Source: Candidatus Thorarchaeota archaeon (GTDB lineage: Archaea; Asgardarchaeota; Thorarchaeia; Thorarchaeales; Thorarchaeaceae). Taken from it: 32,000 bases of DNA. Under the pieces are notes generated by a model. That model was not told the DNA's origin, made no database searches, and worked only from the letters and a program-made list of their open reading frames with translations. Shown one piece after another: positions 16,841 through 25,502 of the stretch. The stretch lies in contig PRDJ01000061.1 in the NCBI GenBank assembly GCA_003345555.1, positions 1,387 through 33,386 on the forward strand. The letters are read 5' to 3'. How positions within the stretch are numbered: position 1 is the first letter of the stretch; each line of letters starts with the position of its first letter. The translations under genes were made by a program, and so were the position numbers.

Positions 16841-16953
16841 TCGGCTTTCCCATTTTTCCGCTCATTATGTTCCTAGTTATAAGTTAAACAGTCTGGCTGC
16901 GGGCACCAGACTTAAATTCTGCCCAGACCGAGCGTGCAGACGGGGTTCCATGG

Positions 16954-17778
16954 ATGAATTGGTTGGCCAAGATTGTGAAGGGAAAACCCGACGAGTACGT
17001 TCATGCCAAGCTCGTGAAGTATGGCATTGGGACATATCCGGGTCCCAGGACAGTCATAGGGCTCAGCCAAGGACGAATTGCATTCAAGGCGGACTTTGAT
17101 CATGAGAGGATGTTTGTAGAGGGTTACCTCAAGTTTGCACCAAGAGGCATGCACAAAGTCTCCGGTACAATTGTGACCTATACCGATCGTAAGTCGGCAT
17201 TCGCAGGCCTCACTCTCCCGCTTTCGTGGACCAAGTCGAAGGGAGAAGGCGCGACTGTTTTCAAAGCCAAACTAAGCGAAGCAGCGCCCATCGAAGACCT
17301 CCGGGCGTTGCTGGAAGCGGATGACCCGACCACGTTCCTTCTGCTGTCTATGAGCCCACGTGAAGGGACAAAGCCCTGGACCATAACCACCAAATCGTCA
17401 TTTCCTAAGGTGACCTTCGCAAAGGGTGCATCAGGAAAGGCAGAAGACAGCGGGGCAGATGAAAAGGGCGAAGAGGAAGAAGAGCCGGAATCCAAGCAAA
17501 AGGACCCCACATTCTGCAAGGGTGCTTATTCGAACACACCCGAAATCCTCGAATTTGTGTTGAGTGAGGCTATACCAGATCTGATATCCGAGGTAACTCC
17601 CAAGTCGAAGAACATTGAGATTGATCATCAGATCGTGATTGACAGGATTGTTGTTCCAGAGGACGATAAGCTACCGTTCTCCGAGAAAAGAAGGCTTGCC
17701 AGAAAGACAGGTAAGCTTGTCCGAAAGATTACAATTGACGGAAAGACTACGAACAAAGAGTACCCCTTCACAGCATAG
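16954..17778 (+). CDS. Conserved archaeal hypothetical protein with an acidic low-complexity insert
   Basis: Long clean ORF, ATG start. The N- and C-termini (DEYVHAKLVKY; IDRIVVPED...RRLARKTGKLVRKITIDG) resemble an uncharacterised archaeal family I recall, unverified. Confidence 0.8.
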   Translation: MNWLAKIVKGKPDEYVHAKLVKYGIGTYPGPRTVIGLSQGRIAFKADFDHERMFVEGYLKFAPRGMHKVSGTIVTYTDRKSAFAGLTLPLSWTKSKGEGATVFKAKLSEAAPIEDLRALLEADDPTTFLLLSMSPREGTKPWTITTKSSFPKVTFAKGASGKAEDSGADEKGEEEEEPESKQKDPTFCKGAYSNTPEILEFVLSEAIPDLISEVTPKSKNIEIDHQIVIDRIVVPEDDKLPFSEKRRLARKTGKLVRKITIDGKTTNKEYPFTA

Positions 17779-17854
17779 GGCTTTGACTATAGAGAGGTTT
17801 AAATCAGGGTCAAGTGAGGCTCGCGGAGACGAGTGATATCCGAGGTCGCATACC

Positions 17855-18046
17855 ATGATGCAGCTTTTTGAAGGGTACCTGATATGGGTGGCATTGACCT
17901 TCATTGTCCTTTCGCTGGTTTCGTTCTCGTGGATGGTCGTACACGTCGAACATGCCCGTCACTTCTCGAAGTATAAGGTGCTGTTCGCTTTGGTTCTAGG
18001 TTCACTCCTCATGGGTTTTGGTATTCATTTCCTGCTTCTAGTGTAA
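17855..18046 (+). CDS. Small 2-TM membrane protein with His-rich loop (63 aa)
   Basis: Two clean hydrophobic helices separated by HVEHARH; fills an otherwise empty gap; double stop TAATAA. Confidence 0.65.
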   Translation: MMQLFEGYLIWVALTFIVLSLVSFSWMVVHVEHARHFSKYKVLFALVLGSLLMGFGIHFLLLV

Positions 18047-18173
18047 TAATAAGCGGCGCCGATAATTGGGCGAACATATGTCTACATAATGCATATCTAC
18101 AGCGCCCCTGACAAGAAACGTAGAACTTGTCAGTGCTAACCAGTCAGATTCGGAATGAAGGAGACGCCTCCTC

Positions 18174-19346
18174 TTGAGCGACCATGAAATCGAGACCCTT
18201 GCAGCAGCCAGCGGACAGAGGCTTGTTCGGGAGTTTGCTGACAAGTACGCCAATCTGAGAGAGAGGGTCCGAAGACTGCCAATGGCGGAAGCAAAGGAAA
18301 CCTCAACTCAGCTTTCGTGCCCATTGGAAGTCGCACAGGTCGCTTCCCTGGTCAACCTAGATGGTATCCTGAGCGCCAAAGAGGCAGTAGGCATAATATC
18401 AGGCGAACTGCAGCGAAGAGCAACTGTCGGAGAGGATGTTCCCAACATATCAAGCAACATCTTGGATTTCTCGTTGGTCGAAGGCAGATGGATTGAGTAC
18501 ATCTATGGCAGTTTCGCTAGAGAACTGGAATTGAAGACCAGAGAGCTTTCGAACCTTGAGTCCGCTGCAGAATCTGAGAATATCACTGTCGAGAAGGCAC
18601 TCATTATTCTCAATGCAAGAACTAAACTGGCCGAGGGCTTCATCATGCCAGCAATACGGGCTTGGCTCGCGGAGCATCCCAAATCCAACAGCGAGGATCT
18701 GTTGATGGCCTTCGGACCTGCTGTAACCAAGTGGAAGCCCAGTACTCTGAAGGGGAAACTACTTCAGCTTCGAAGAAGGAACCAAGCCATGTTCAGACAA
18801 CTGAGGACGGCCCTTACGTCAGCTTCTGAATCGGCAACGGTGGACGCCACAATGGCCCGGATTGACAGCCTTGTGGATGGACTAGGCGCAGATATGAGCA
18901 GAATGAGTCCGAATGTCGTAGCCCATTTTATAGTTCATATTGCTCCAAGGCCAACGGGCAGAGGAGACAAATCCCGCTATGTAGAGGTGGGGGTCAGTTC
19001 AACCCGAGGAGACAAGACCGAGCCGGACATGGCTTCCCCATTCGATTTCCTAGAGAGAGATGTCCGCCTTGCGCGACGGCGCTCAGGTGCTGACCAGACG
19101 GCATATCTCAATGAACACATATCTCGCGTAATTCGTGTTCTGAAATATCAAGGGAATTCCATCTCAGATTGTGTAGAGAGGTGTGTACTCGAAATCCGTG
19201 AACGTCTGCATTTGCAGAATGCACCAGCCAGTGAAATCATCGAGAAGGCAAAGGCAGAGCTTGCTGACGCGCCAGCTGAACAAAGGGATGAGATTGCGAC
19301 AAGAATCGTGTCTGACTTCATCAATTCCTACGTCATTGTCGGGTGA
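18174..19346 (+). CDS. Hypothetical all-helical protein (390 aa)
   Basis: Long ORF; TTG start about 10 nt after AAGGAG, with an in-frame stop just upstream; 6 bp to the next gene. Confidence 0.8.
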   Translation: MSDHEIETLAAASGQRLVREFADKYANLRERVRRLPMAEAKETSTQLSCPLEVAQVASLVNLDGILSAKEAVGIISGELQRRATVGEDVPNISSNILDFSLVEGRWIEYIYGSFARELELKTRELSNLESAAESENITVEKALIILNARTKLAEGFIMPAIRAWLAEHPKSNSEDLLMAFGPAVTKWKPSTLKGKLLQLRRRNQAMFRQLRTALTSASESATVDATMARIDSLVDGLGADMSRMSPNVVAHFIVHIAPRPTGRGDKSRYVEVGVSSTRGDKTEPDMASPFDFLERDVRLARRRSGADQTAYLNEHISRVIRVLKYQGNSISDCVERCVLEIRERLHLQNAPASEIIEKAKAELADAPAEQRDEIATRIVSDFINSYVIVG

Positions 19347-19352
19347 CAATCA

Positions 19353-20123
19353 ATGGAACACGGACCAATCTTCTGGCTGCTCGGCATCGAAGCATACGAC
19401 TACGATGTCGGGGTCTTGCGTGGGACCGATTTGAAAGGGAAAGCCTTGATCCTCTCCCGACAGCTCTGGTCGATAATCCGAGGAGAGACGGTCATTTCCG
19501 TTCTAATTGGACCGGGAGTCTTCAAGGGAGTAGCGACTATCGGAAACCGAAGGGTCGAAATACTGGAACCGTTGCTGGCATTGATGTTTGATCCGACCCA
19601 TATGCGGGCTGACGAGCCTGTACCACTTGTTGATATTATCTCTCCCGAAGTGATTGATCCGTTGGCAAGCCGCAAGACGGAAGAAATCATGACCACAATC
19701 CGTCAGCTCGTCATTGAACGAGGTAATGTATTGGCGGCTGAACCACTCATGAAGATGAGAACGGACGCTAATGTCCCAACAACAGCATACGCAATGGATT
19801 TGCTGAAGAAGATTCATGTAGCTCACGTGTCTGGCACGCAGAGGGCCAGATTCATTCTTGCAGGCACCAACAGCCCGATGTACCGGCCTCTTGTAGATTG
19901 GTACAAGAAACGGAAATACGACGAACCCGCGCGCATCAAGGTTATGGCCATGCCTTTCAACAAATTCAGCAGTTCGGTGGACATAGAGACTATGTCTGAC
20001 TGGACAATCGTAGAGAAGGCAGGCATCGATGGGAATTCCGGAATCGAGGCCATTCATGAAGAATATGAGCAGACTCTTGGTGGCTTGCGGGAAAACGAGA
20101 GCCTGTTCATATACGAAGTTTGA
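19353..20123 (+). CDS. Hypothetical alpha/beta protein (256 aa)
   Basis: Long ORF in operon position; its stop overlaps the helicase start (TTGA). Confidence 0.8.
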   Translation: MEHGPIFWLLGIEAYDYDVGVLRGTDLKGKALILSRQLWSIIRGETVISVLIGPGVFKGVATIGNRRVEILEPLLALMFDPTHMRADEPVPLVDIISPEVIDPLASRKTEEIMTTIRQLVIERGNVLAAEPLMKMRTDANVPTTAYAMDLLKKIHVAHVSGTQRARFILAGTNSPMYRPLVDWYKKRKYDEPARIKVMAMPFNKFSSSVDIETMSDWTIVEKAGIDGNSGIEAIHEEYEQTLGGLRENESLFIYEV

Positions 20124-22795
20124 AAACTGAAAAGGCTCCATGCCTAGGAACCTTGTTCTGTGAGGCCACTGCAGTGGAGGTCGTAGACGCAGAGATAAAG
20201 AAGCGACTTTCTGAGCCATACGTACTCCTGCTCAGACGCGCAAGGCAGGAGATGGCTACACTAGTAGGGGTCTTCTCCGAGGTCTTGTCAGATAGACAGC
20301 GAGCATCTCTCACGGGAATGGTCGAATACGGGTACAGAGCCGCAGGCCTGCTTGAAATCAAGCGTGCATATTTCATCAGATACAACAAGCCCGTGTACTT
20401 TCAAGAGAGGGAGTTCCATGAGATACTCAGGAAAGCAAACAATATTCTCATCCCTGGCAAAGAAGTCCCGTCGTTCATAGAAGACCTACGGACCTTTCTT
20501 GCTCGCATTCAGACAGCCCGACCAAGGATTGTCCCCGTCTGTCCAACCTGCTTGCGTGATGATCGCCTCACTGTTCTCTCTCGGAGAAACGCAGTGAAGG
20601 TGTCTGAAAGCCAAGTCTCATGTATCAGCTGCGCGCAAAGCGACCTCAAGACTGAACTCAAGAATATGGGCATCACATTGTCCCGGGCCATGGTCGTCCA
20701 GCTTGAGCGGCAAGTCTCGCGAGTCAAGTCCGTGCCGAGGCTTCTGGAGATGCTGACACCGGGTTTCGACCCGACGCGGGAAAGAGAGTTGACACTGTTT
20801 GACACTATCTCTGTCGGCGAAAGCGGCCCGGTGCAACATATATCCGCTCTACCAATTCCAGAGGAGCTTGCTCGGCTGCTTCAAGCCGAAGGCATCCAGA
20901 ATCTGCTTCCTGTCCAGCAATTGGCCGTCGAATCTGGCTTGCTACGCAATGCTAGTCTCTTGGTAGTATCATCCACTTCATCAGGAAAGACGCTAATCGC
21001 GGAACTTGCAGGCATACCGAAAGCAGTGGCGGGTGAGAGGCTGATCTATATTGCTCCTCTCGTTGCTCTCACTAACGAGAAGTATGAGCAGTTCAGAAAA
21101 CGATACCGGGCGCTCGGATTGCGCACGGGGATAAGAGTGGGCATGTCTCGCCTCGATGTGGGAAACGAAGGCAGGCCAATCGTAGACACGGACATATCCA
21201 AGGCAGACATCATATGTGCCACATACGAAGCATTGGATACGCTATTTCGCTCAGGGGAGTCTGCGCAGCTAGACAAGGTCGGTACGATAGTAGTAGACGA
21301 GATTCAGAACCTAGCAGACCCCGAGAGAGGACCTGAGCTTGACGGATTGGTGGCAAGGCTGAGATACCATGCTCCCCGCGCTCAAATCCTCTGTTTATCT
21401 GCCACTGTCGGAACTCCAGAGAATCTGGCGAAGGAACTCAAGCTGACCTTAGTTAATCACACTGGCAGACCTGTACCATTGGAACGTCATCTGGTCTTCG
21501 CTCATAGTGAAGAAGACAAACGAGAAGTAATCCGCAGACTTGTCCTTCAGGAATTTCACAATACGAGTAGTGCGGGGTTCAAGGGGCAGTCCATCGTGTT
21601 CACCTATTCACGACGCCGGGCACATGCCTTGAGCGATTGGCTGCGTGAGAACGGGACTTCATCCACCGTCTATCATGGAGGTCTTACTTACAGCCGCAGG
21701 CGTCACGTTGAATCAGCATACTCTAAACAGCGCTATGCATGCGTTGTCACCACCGCAGCTCTAGGAGCCGGAGTGGACTTGCCAGCATCTCAAGTCATAT
21801 TCGAGTCTCTCGCGATGGGCTCAGACTGGTTGACAAACGCTGAGTTCGAACAGATGCTCGGTCGGGCAGGTCGCCTCGGCAAACACGACAATGGGCTCGT
21901 CTACCTCCTAGTTCAGCCTGAGCGGAAATATCACAGTGGGCAAGAGAGAACAGAAGATGAAGTGGCGGTCGATCTTCTCAACGGTGTAGTGGAGAATGTT
22001 GAACCGACATCGGATATCGAAGCCTGCGCCGAACAGATACTCGCCACAATATGCTCGACAGGGCTGATTGACTTCAAGGACGTTGCGCGTGCCTACAACG
22101 ACATGCTCTCGACCACTGTTCCCGCTTCGGAGGCGCTGAAGTATCTAGTCCGGCACCACATGATAAGAGTTCAAGACAACGGGGTCTACCCCACAGAACT
22201 GGGCAAAGCCACATCCGTCTCTTTTCTGACTCCGAGCGAAGGGTTGGATGTTCTGAAACACATTGAAACCATGGATGTCTTGGATACAGCCATCAGGCTC
22301 GAGCCATTTGATAATGTGTACTTGAGCGCGAAGCTGCAGGCCGAGGTAGATGCTGCATTTAAGACTCATATGCCAACTCGTCTGTTCTCAGGAGTCATGT
22401 CCGACCTCGCCGACTTCGGCCACCAGCGGGAAAGTCACGCCAAATTCCCGGGATGGGTCTACGAAGTGTTCAGTCGGTGGATAGCAGAGATATTCAACTG
22501 CGGCTGCCGCGATTTTCCGGAATGTGACCACGGCATGATAAGGCTTGGCAGGTGGATTGTAGAACGAAGGAAGGAGGGCTTAAATCCATCTGGCATTGCC
22601 AAGCGCTTGCACGACGATTTTGAACTCTGGGCATATCCAGGAGACTTGTTCACGTGGCTGGACTCTCTGATTCATAACCTCAAAGCAGTTCAGCGAATCG
22701 CGGCCATTGCAGGCAAGACGGACTTAGGCGTACAGATTGACAGTCAGATAGCAAGGATCGAACGTCCACTCGAACCAGTCGAAGTCAAAGAGTGA
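20120..22795 (+). CDS. Archaeal SF2 DEAD/DEAH-box helicase, COG1202/DUF5814 type
   Basis: Q-motif LLPVQ, Walker A STSSGKT, DEIQ, SAT, YHGGL, QMLGRAGR; N-terminal CPTC...CISC; C-terminal CGCRDFPECDHG...YPGDLFTWLD. Confidence 0.92.
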   Translation: MKTEKAPCLGTLFCEATAVEVVDAEIKKRLSEPYVLLLRRARQEMATLVGVFSEVLSDRQRASLTGMVEYGYRAAGLLEIKRAYFIRYNKPVYFQEREFHEILRKANNILIPGKEVPSFIEDLRTFLARIQTARPRIVPVCPTCLRDDRLTVLSRRNAVKVSESQVSCISCAQSDLKTELKNMGITLSRAMVVQLERQVSRVKSVPRLLEMLTPGFDPTRERELTLFDTISVGESGPVQHISALPIPEELARLLQAEGIQNLLPVQQLAVESGLLRNASLLVVSSTSSGKTLIAELAGIPKAVAGERLIYIAPLVALTNEKYEQFRKRYRALGLRTGIRVGMSRLDVGNEGRPIVDTDISKADIICATYEALDTLFRSGESAQLDKVGTIVVDEIQNLADPERGPELDGLVARLRYHAPRAQILCLSATVGTPENLAKELKLTLVNHTGRPVPLERHLVFAHSEEDKREVIRRLVLQEFHNTSSAGFKGQSIVFTYSRRRAHALSDWLRENGTSSTVYHGGLTYSRRRHVESAYSKQRYACVVTTAALGAGVDLPASQVIFESLAMGSDWLTNAEFEQMLGRAGRLGKHDNGLVYLLVQPERKYHSGQERTEDEVAVDLLNGVVENVEPTSDIEACAEQILATICSTGLIDFKDVARAYNDMLSTTVPASEALKYLVRHHMIRVQDNGVYPTELGKATSVSFLTPSEGLDVLKHIETMDVLDTAIRLEPFDNVYLSAKLQAEVDAAFKTHMPTRLFSGVMSDLADFGHQRESHAKFPGWVYEVFSRWIAEIFNCGCRDFPECDHGMIRLGRWIVERRKEGLNPSGIAKRLHDDFELWAYPGDLFTWLDSLIHNLKAVQRIAAIAGKTDLGVQIDSQIARIERPLEPVEVKE

Positions 22796-22800
22796 ACGGC

Positions 22801-23067
22801 CTACCCTCTTGGAACCTCTATAGGCTTCTCAACCTCAAGTACGACTCGAAGTCTTGATAGGTCATCAGCCGCCATGGAATCCAGATTGAGGTCAAGCCAC
22901 ACATGAAGGTCTCTGCGTATCACCTCCGCCTCAGATAATCTTGCCAGAGGTAGCAACGCCTCATCAGGCTTCAGCTGGAAACGTCTGCTCCCGCATTCAC
23001 ATGCGCCATCGAGAACCTTGTCGATGTCAGCTGAGACTCTGCCGCACGCACTGCACTTGAATAGCAT
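22801..23067 (-). CDS. Small Zn-ribbon protein (DUF2072/OapC-like N-terminus)
   Basis: FKCSACG...LDGACECGSRRFQL zinc ribbon followed by a short alpha/beta tail. Confidence 0.7.
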   Translation of the reverse strand: MLFKCSACGRVSADIDKVLDGACECGSRRFQLKPDEALLPLARLSEAEVIRRDLHVWLDLNLDSMAADDLSRLRVVLEVEKPIEVPRG

Positions 23068-23255
23068 CTCTATAGTCGCCAGTTGAACTGGTCATCAATT
23101 GTCTAAGAGTATTGGTAATGCACGGATATTACTGAGAACTTGCTGCAAAAAGCCTCAAACAAAGACTGATTCTTCAATGCGAGGTTTCTTTGGTGGGCCC
23201 GTCAAGGAACAGACTTATCTGTTGCACGTGAAAACACGAACTGGGGCGTAACATC

Positions 23256-23558
23256 ATGCCAAAACCTTGTGCAATCTGCCGCGGCAAGTCTAAGATGCGC
23301 TGTGACCATTGCAGAAACGAGTTTTGCCAAGACCACGCAGTCAGATGCTCTTCCTGTGGCACCATCACATGCATCAGAGACCTTGGCCGCAAGGTTGAGT
23401 GCCCTACATGCAAGAACCCCTTGGGCATTTGCCCTGAGGACCTGCTTAACGGGAAGATAGTTCGGATGATCGCCAAAGGACGCCAATGCCCCGAATGCGG
23501 ATGGACTGCTACATCAGCACCAGCATTAGACAAATCACGAAAACTAGGAACGCTATGA
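23256..23558 (+). CDS. Cys-rich multi-zinc-finger protein (100 aa)
   Basis: 13 Cys arranged as CxxC/CxxH/CxxD pairs; ATG start; divergent from the Zn-ribbon gene. Confidence 0.75.
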   Translation: MPKPCAICRGKSKMRCDHCRNEFCQDHAVRCSSCGTITCIRDLGRKVECPTCKNPLGICPEDLLNGKIVRMIAKGRQCPECGWTATSAPALDKSRKLGTL

Positions 23559-23760
23559 TTAGCGCGATTCTCTGGGCTTTTCCACCGAAACCCCACACGA
23601 TGGGCAATGGCCCAATCAAGACAATTCCCTTGCTTTGAGGTCTCATTTCCGAATATTCAGTCCGCTCGGTCGCCATCACAATCAGGCCCGCAACAACGAG
23701 TACAATCCCCAACGCGATAATCACTAGAGCTAACAATGGGAATTGCGTGGCAGCCTGCAT
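23509..23760 (-). CDS. DUF131 (TIGR00304-like) 2-TM membrane protein
   Basis: Signature KGIVLIGPLPIVWG between two hydrophobic helices. Confidence 0.85.
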   Translation of the reverse strand: MQAATQFPLLALVIIALGIVLVVAGLIVMATERTEYSEMRPQSKGIVLIGPLPIVWGFGGKAQRIALIIAFLVFVICLMLVLM

Positions 23761-23846
23761 TGCTGTCGCGGTTGGATTGTCAATGTCTAGCGCAGTGCGT
23801 CCTCTCCCACCAGAGCATGGGTTATGACCCGGTGTACTATATCAGA

Positions 23847-24422
23847 TCATTCCTCGCTTTCTTCTTTGTTGTCATACTTGACGGATGGCAGATTGAAGTC
23901 CATTCTCTCGTACCCGCCCACGTTATCACCTTCTAGAGCCCACAATACGACAACGCTGTCATAGATTTCATGGTCGAGCAGACTCTCAATGGCTATGTCG
24001 TGAGTCCCTAAGGGAAATCTCCAGATTATCTCAAAGTCATATGGAGCTGTTTCTTCCTCAAGCCAGGTCTCTATTCTGTTCGCTTTTGGCGCGAACTGAC
24101 CTGAGAAGTCGATGAGGTATACGACCGCAACAACGTCACTCTCGCCCTTCAAGAAGATATCAGTGTAATGGACATGAGACCGCACTCCCCGACTGTTGAT
24201 TTCCACTCGCTCCTTGTCAAGATAGTATTGCAGGTTGTTTGACAGGGTTTCGATTTCCCTCCTGAAGCTCTGTTCGTCCTGCAATACCTTCTGATAGTAA
24301 TGATCGGGGTCGACATATTCGTAGCACAGACGTTCGTGTATTTCCCCTGACCTTGAGACCGAGAAGAAGGATTCCGCATGAATGGGCTGCACCATGTCAG
24401 AAGGACTTGTCACGGGACTCAC
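23847..24422 (-). CDS. Conserved archaeal hypothetical protein (acidic, beta-rich)
   Basis: Clean ORF abutting the MBL gene stop. Motifs YVDPDHYY, LDKERVEIN, PYDFEIIW, VGGYE resemble an uncharacterised TACK family (recalled, unverified). Start is GTG 24422 or ATG 24395. Confidence 0.78.
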   Translation of the reverse strand: MSPVTSPSDMVQPIHAESFFSVSRSGEIHERLCYEYVDPDHYYQKVLQDEQSFRREIETLSNNLQYYLDKERVEINSRGVRSHVHYTDIFLKGESDVVAVVYLIDFSGQFAPKANRIETWLEEETAPYDFEIIWRFPLGTHDIAIESLLDHEIYDSVVVLWALEGDNVGGYERMDFNLPSVKYDNKEESEE

Positions 24423-25427
24423 CTACTCAAGCGGCACTGCGCTGACGCCAGCATGTGCGAGTTCGCCGCAGAATCTTCTGGCGTTTCCAGCGAAACAATA
24501 GACAATGCGTGGGTTCACGGCTTGTACGAAATCCATGAGTCCCGGGAAGTCCGAGTGAGCACTGAGCGGGAATCCCGAGTTATTGAGTTCTCTGAGCGCC
24601 CAGCCTGAGAGATTGAATGATGAAGTCATGTTTCTGATCTCGTTGGCCGTCTGTTCCCCAAGTATTCTTGCCAGACTGGCAAACGTATTGCTCACCGAAG
24701 AACTGACAATGGCATAGTCCCGCTCTAACACGCCGGCTTGCCTGGCGCGCTCAATTGGCGTGTAGGTCAATCGAGTACCGTGGCTGGCGTAGACTTTGCT
24801 GACCTCGTCGATGACCCGGTTGCCAGTTAGAACCTCAAAACCACCCTCCTCAAGGACAGCAATAGCCTCCTGTGCCTTGCCTAACGAGTAAGCCTTGAAG
24901 AGGGGAATCATACCCCTGTCCAGCTCTCTTCGGGCAGCTTCGAGGATCATTGAATGCACTTTGGCCCTTTCAGGAAAGACCCATTCGGGGGATCCATAGG
25001 TTGCTTCGGTTACCAGAACGTCCGCAGCAGCTGGCTCGGCTGCATGATGAACGACACTGTCAACAACGTTATAGTCACCGGTGTAAAGGACTCTCAACCC
25101 ATCATCGAACTCGAGAAGAAACATGGCTGAACCAATTACGTGACCTGCATTCAGTGCCGTGACTCGAACGCCGTCGAGATCCAGATCTCTTCCCCACTCT
25201 ATTGTTGTCGCCTGTAGCAATGAGGCCTCGTTCCGTGCAAGAAGCGCATCCTGTGTCTCAGCAGTCGCAACAAAATCTCTAGCCGAAAACAGGTTTGTTG
25301 TATGGTCGGTGTGTGCGTGCGATAGAAGAGTTGTGACTTCGGGAACCCCGGTGTCAAACGCAAGTCTCACTTTGCGGTATTCGAGCAGTAATCCCGAACC
25401 TCTCTTGTCAAGTCTCAAAGCGGACAT
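24423..25427 (-). CDS. Metallo-beta-lactamase fold nuclease of beta-CASP type
   Basis: SHAHTDH, AGHVIGS, YTGD, TEATYG, SLGKAQE, SAHSD. Confidence 0.9.
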   Translation of the reverse strand: MSALRLDKRGSGLLLEYRKVRLAFDTGVPEVTTLLSHAHTDHTTNLFSARDFVATAETQDALLARNEASLLQATTIEWGRDLDLDGVRVTALNAGHVIGSAMFLLEFDDGLRVLYTGDYNVVDSVVHHAAEPAAADVLVTEATYGSPEWVFPERAKVHSMILEAARRELDRGMIPLFKAYSLGKAQEAIAVLEEGGFEVLTGNRVIDEVSKVYASHGTRLTYTPIERARQAGVLERDYAIVSSSVSNTFASLARILGEQTANEIRNMTSSFNLSGWALRELNNSGFPLSAHSDFPGLMDFVQAVNPRIVYCFAGNARRFCGELAHAGVSAVPLE

Positions 25428-25502
25428 TGCATGACCTCGACCGACCGGGTATATGACTCACAAAAGCCTTTCCACGTGACAGTGAAGACTCGTCTCGCCA
25501 TC

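Noticed and set aside
19503-20219. 238-aa antisense ORF
   Set aside because: Antisense to two operonic genes, with no recognisable motifs.
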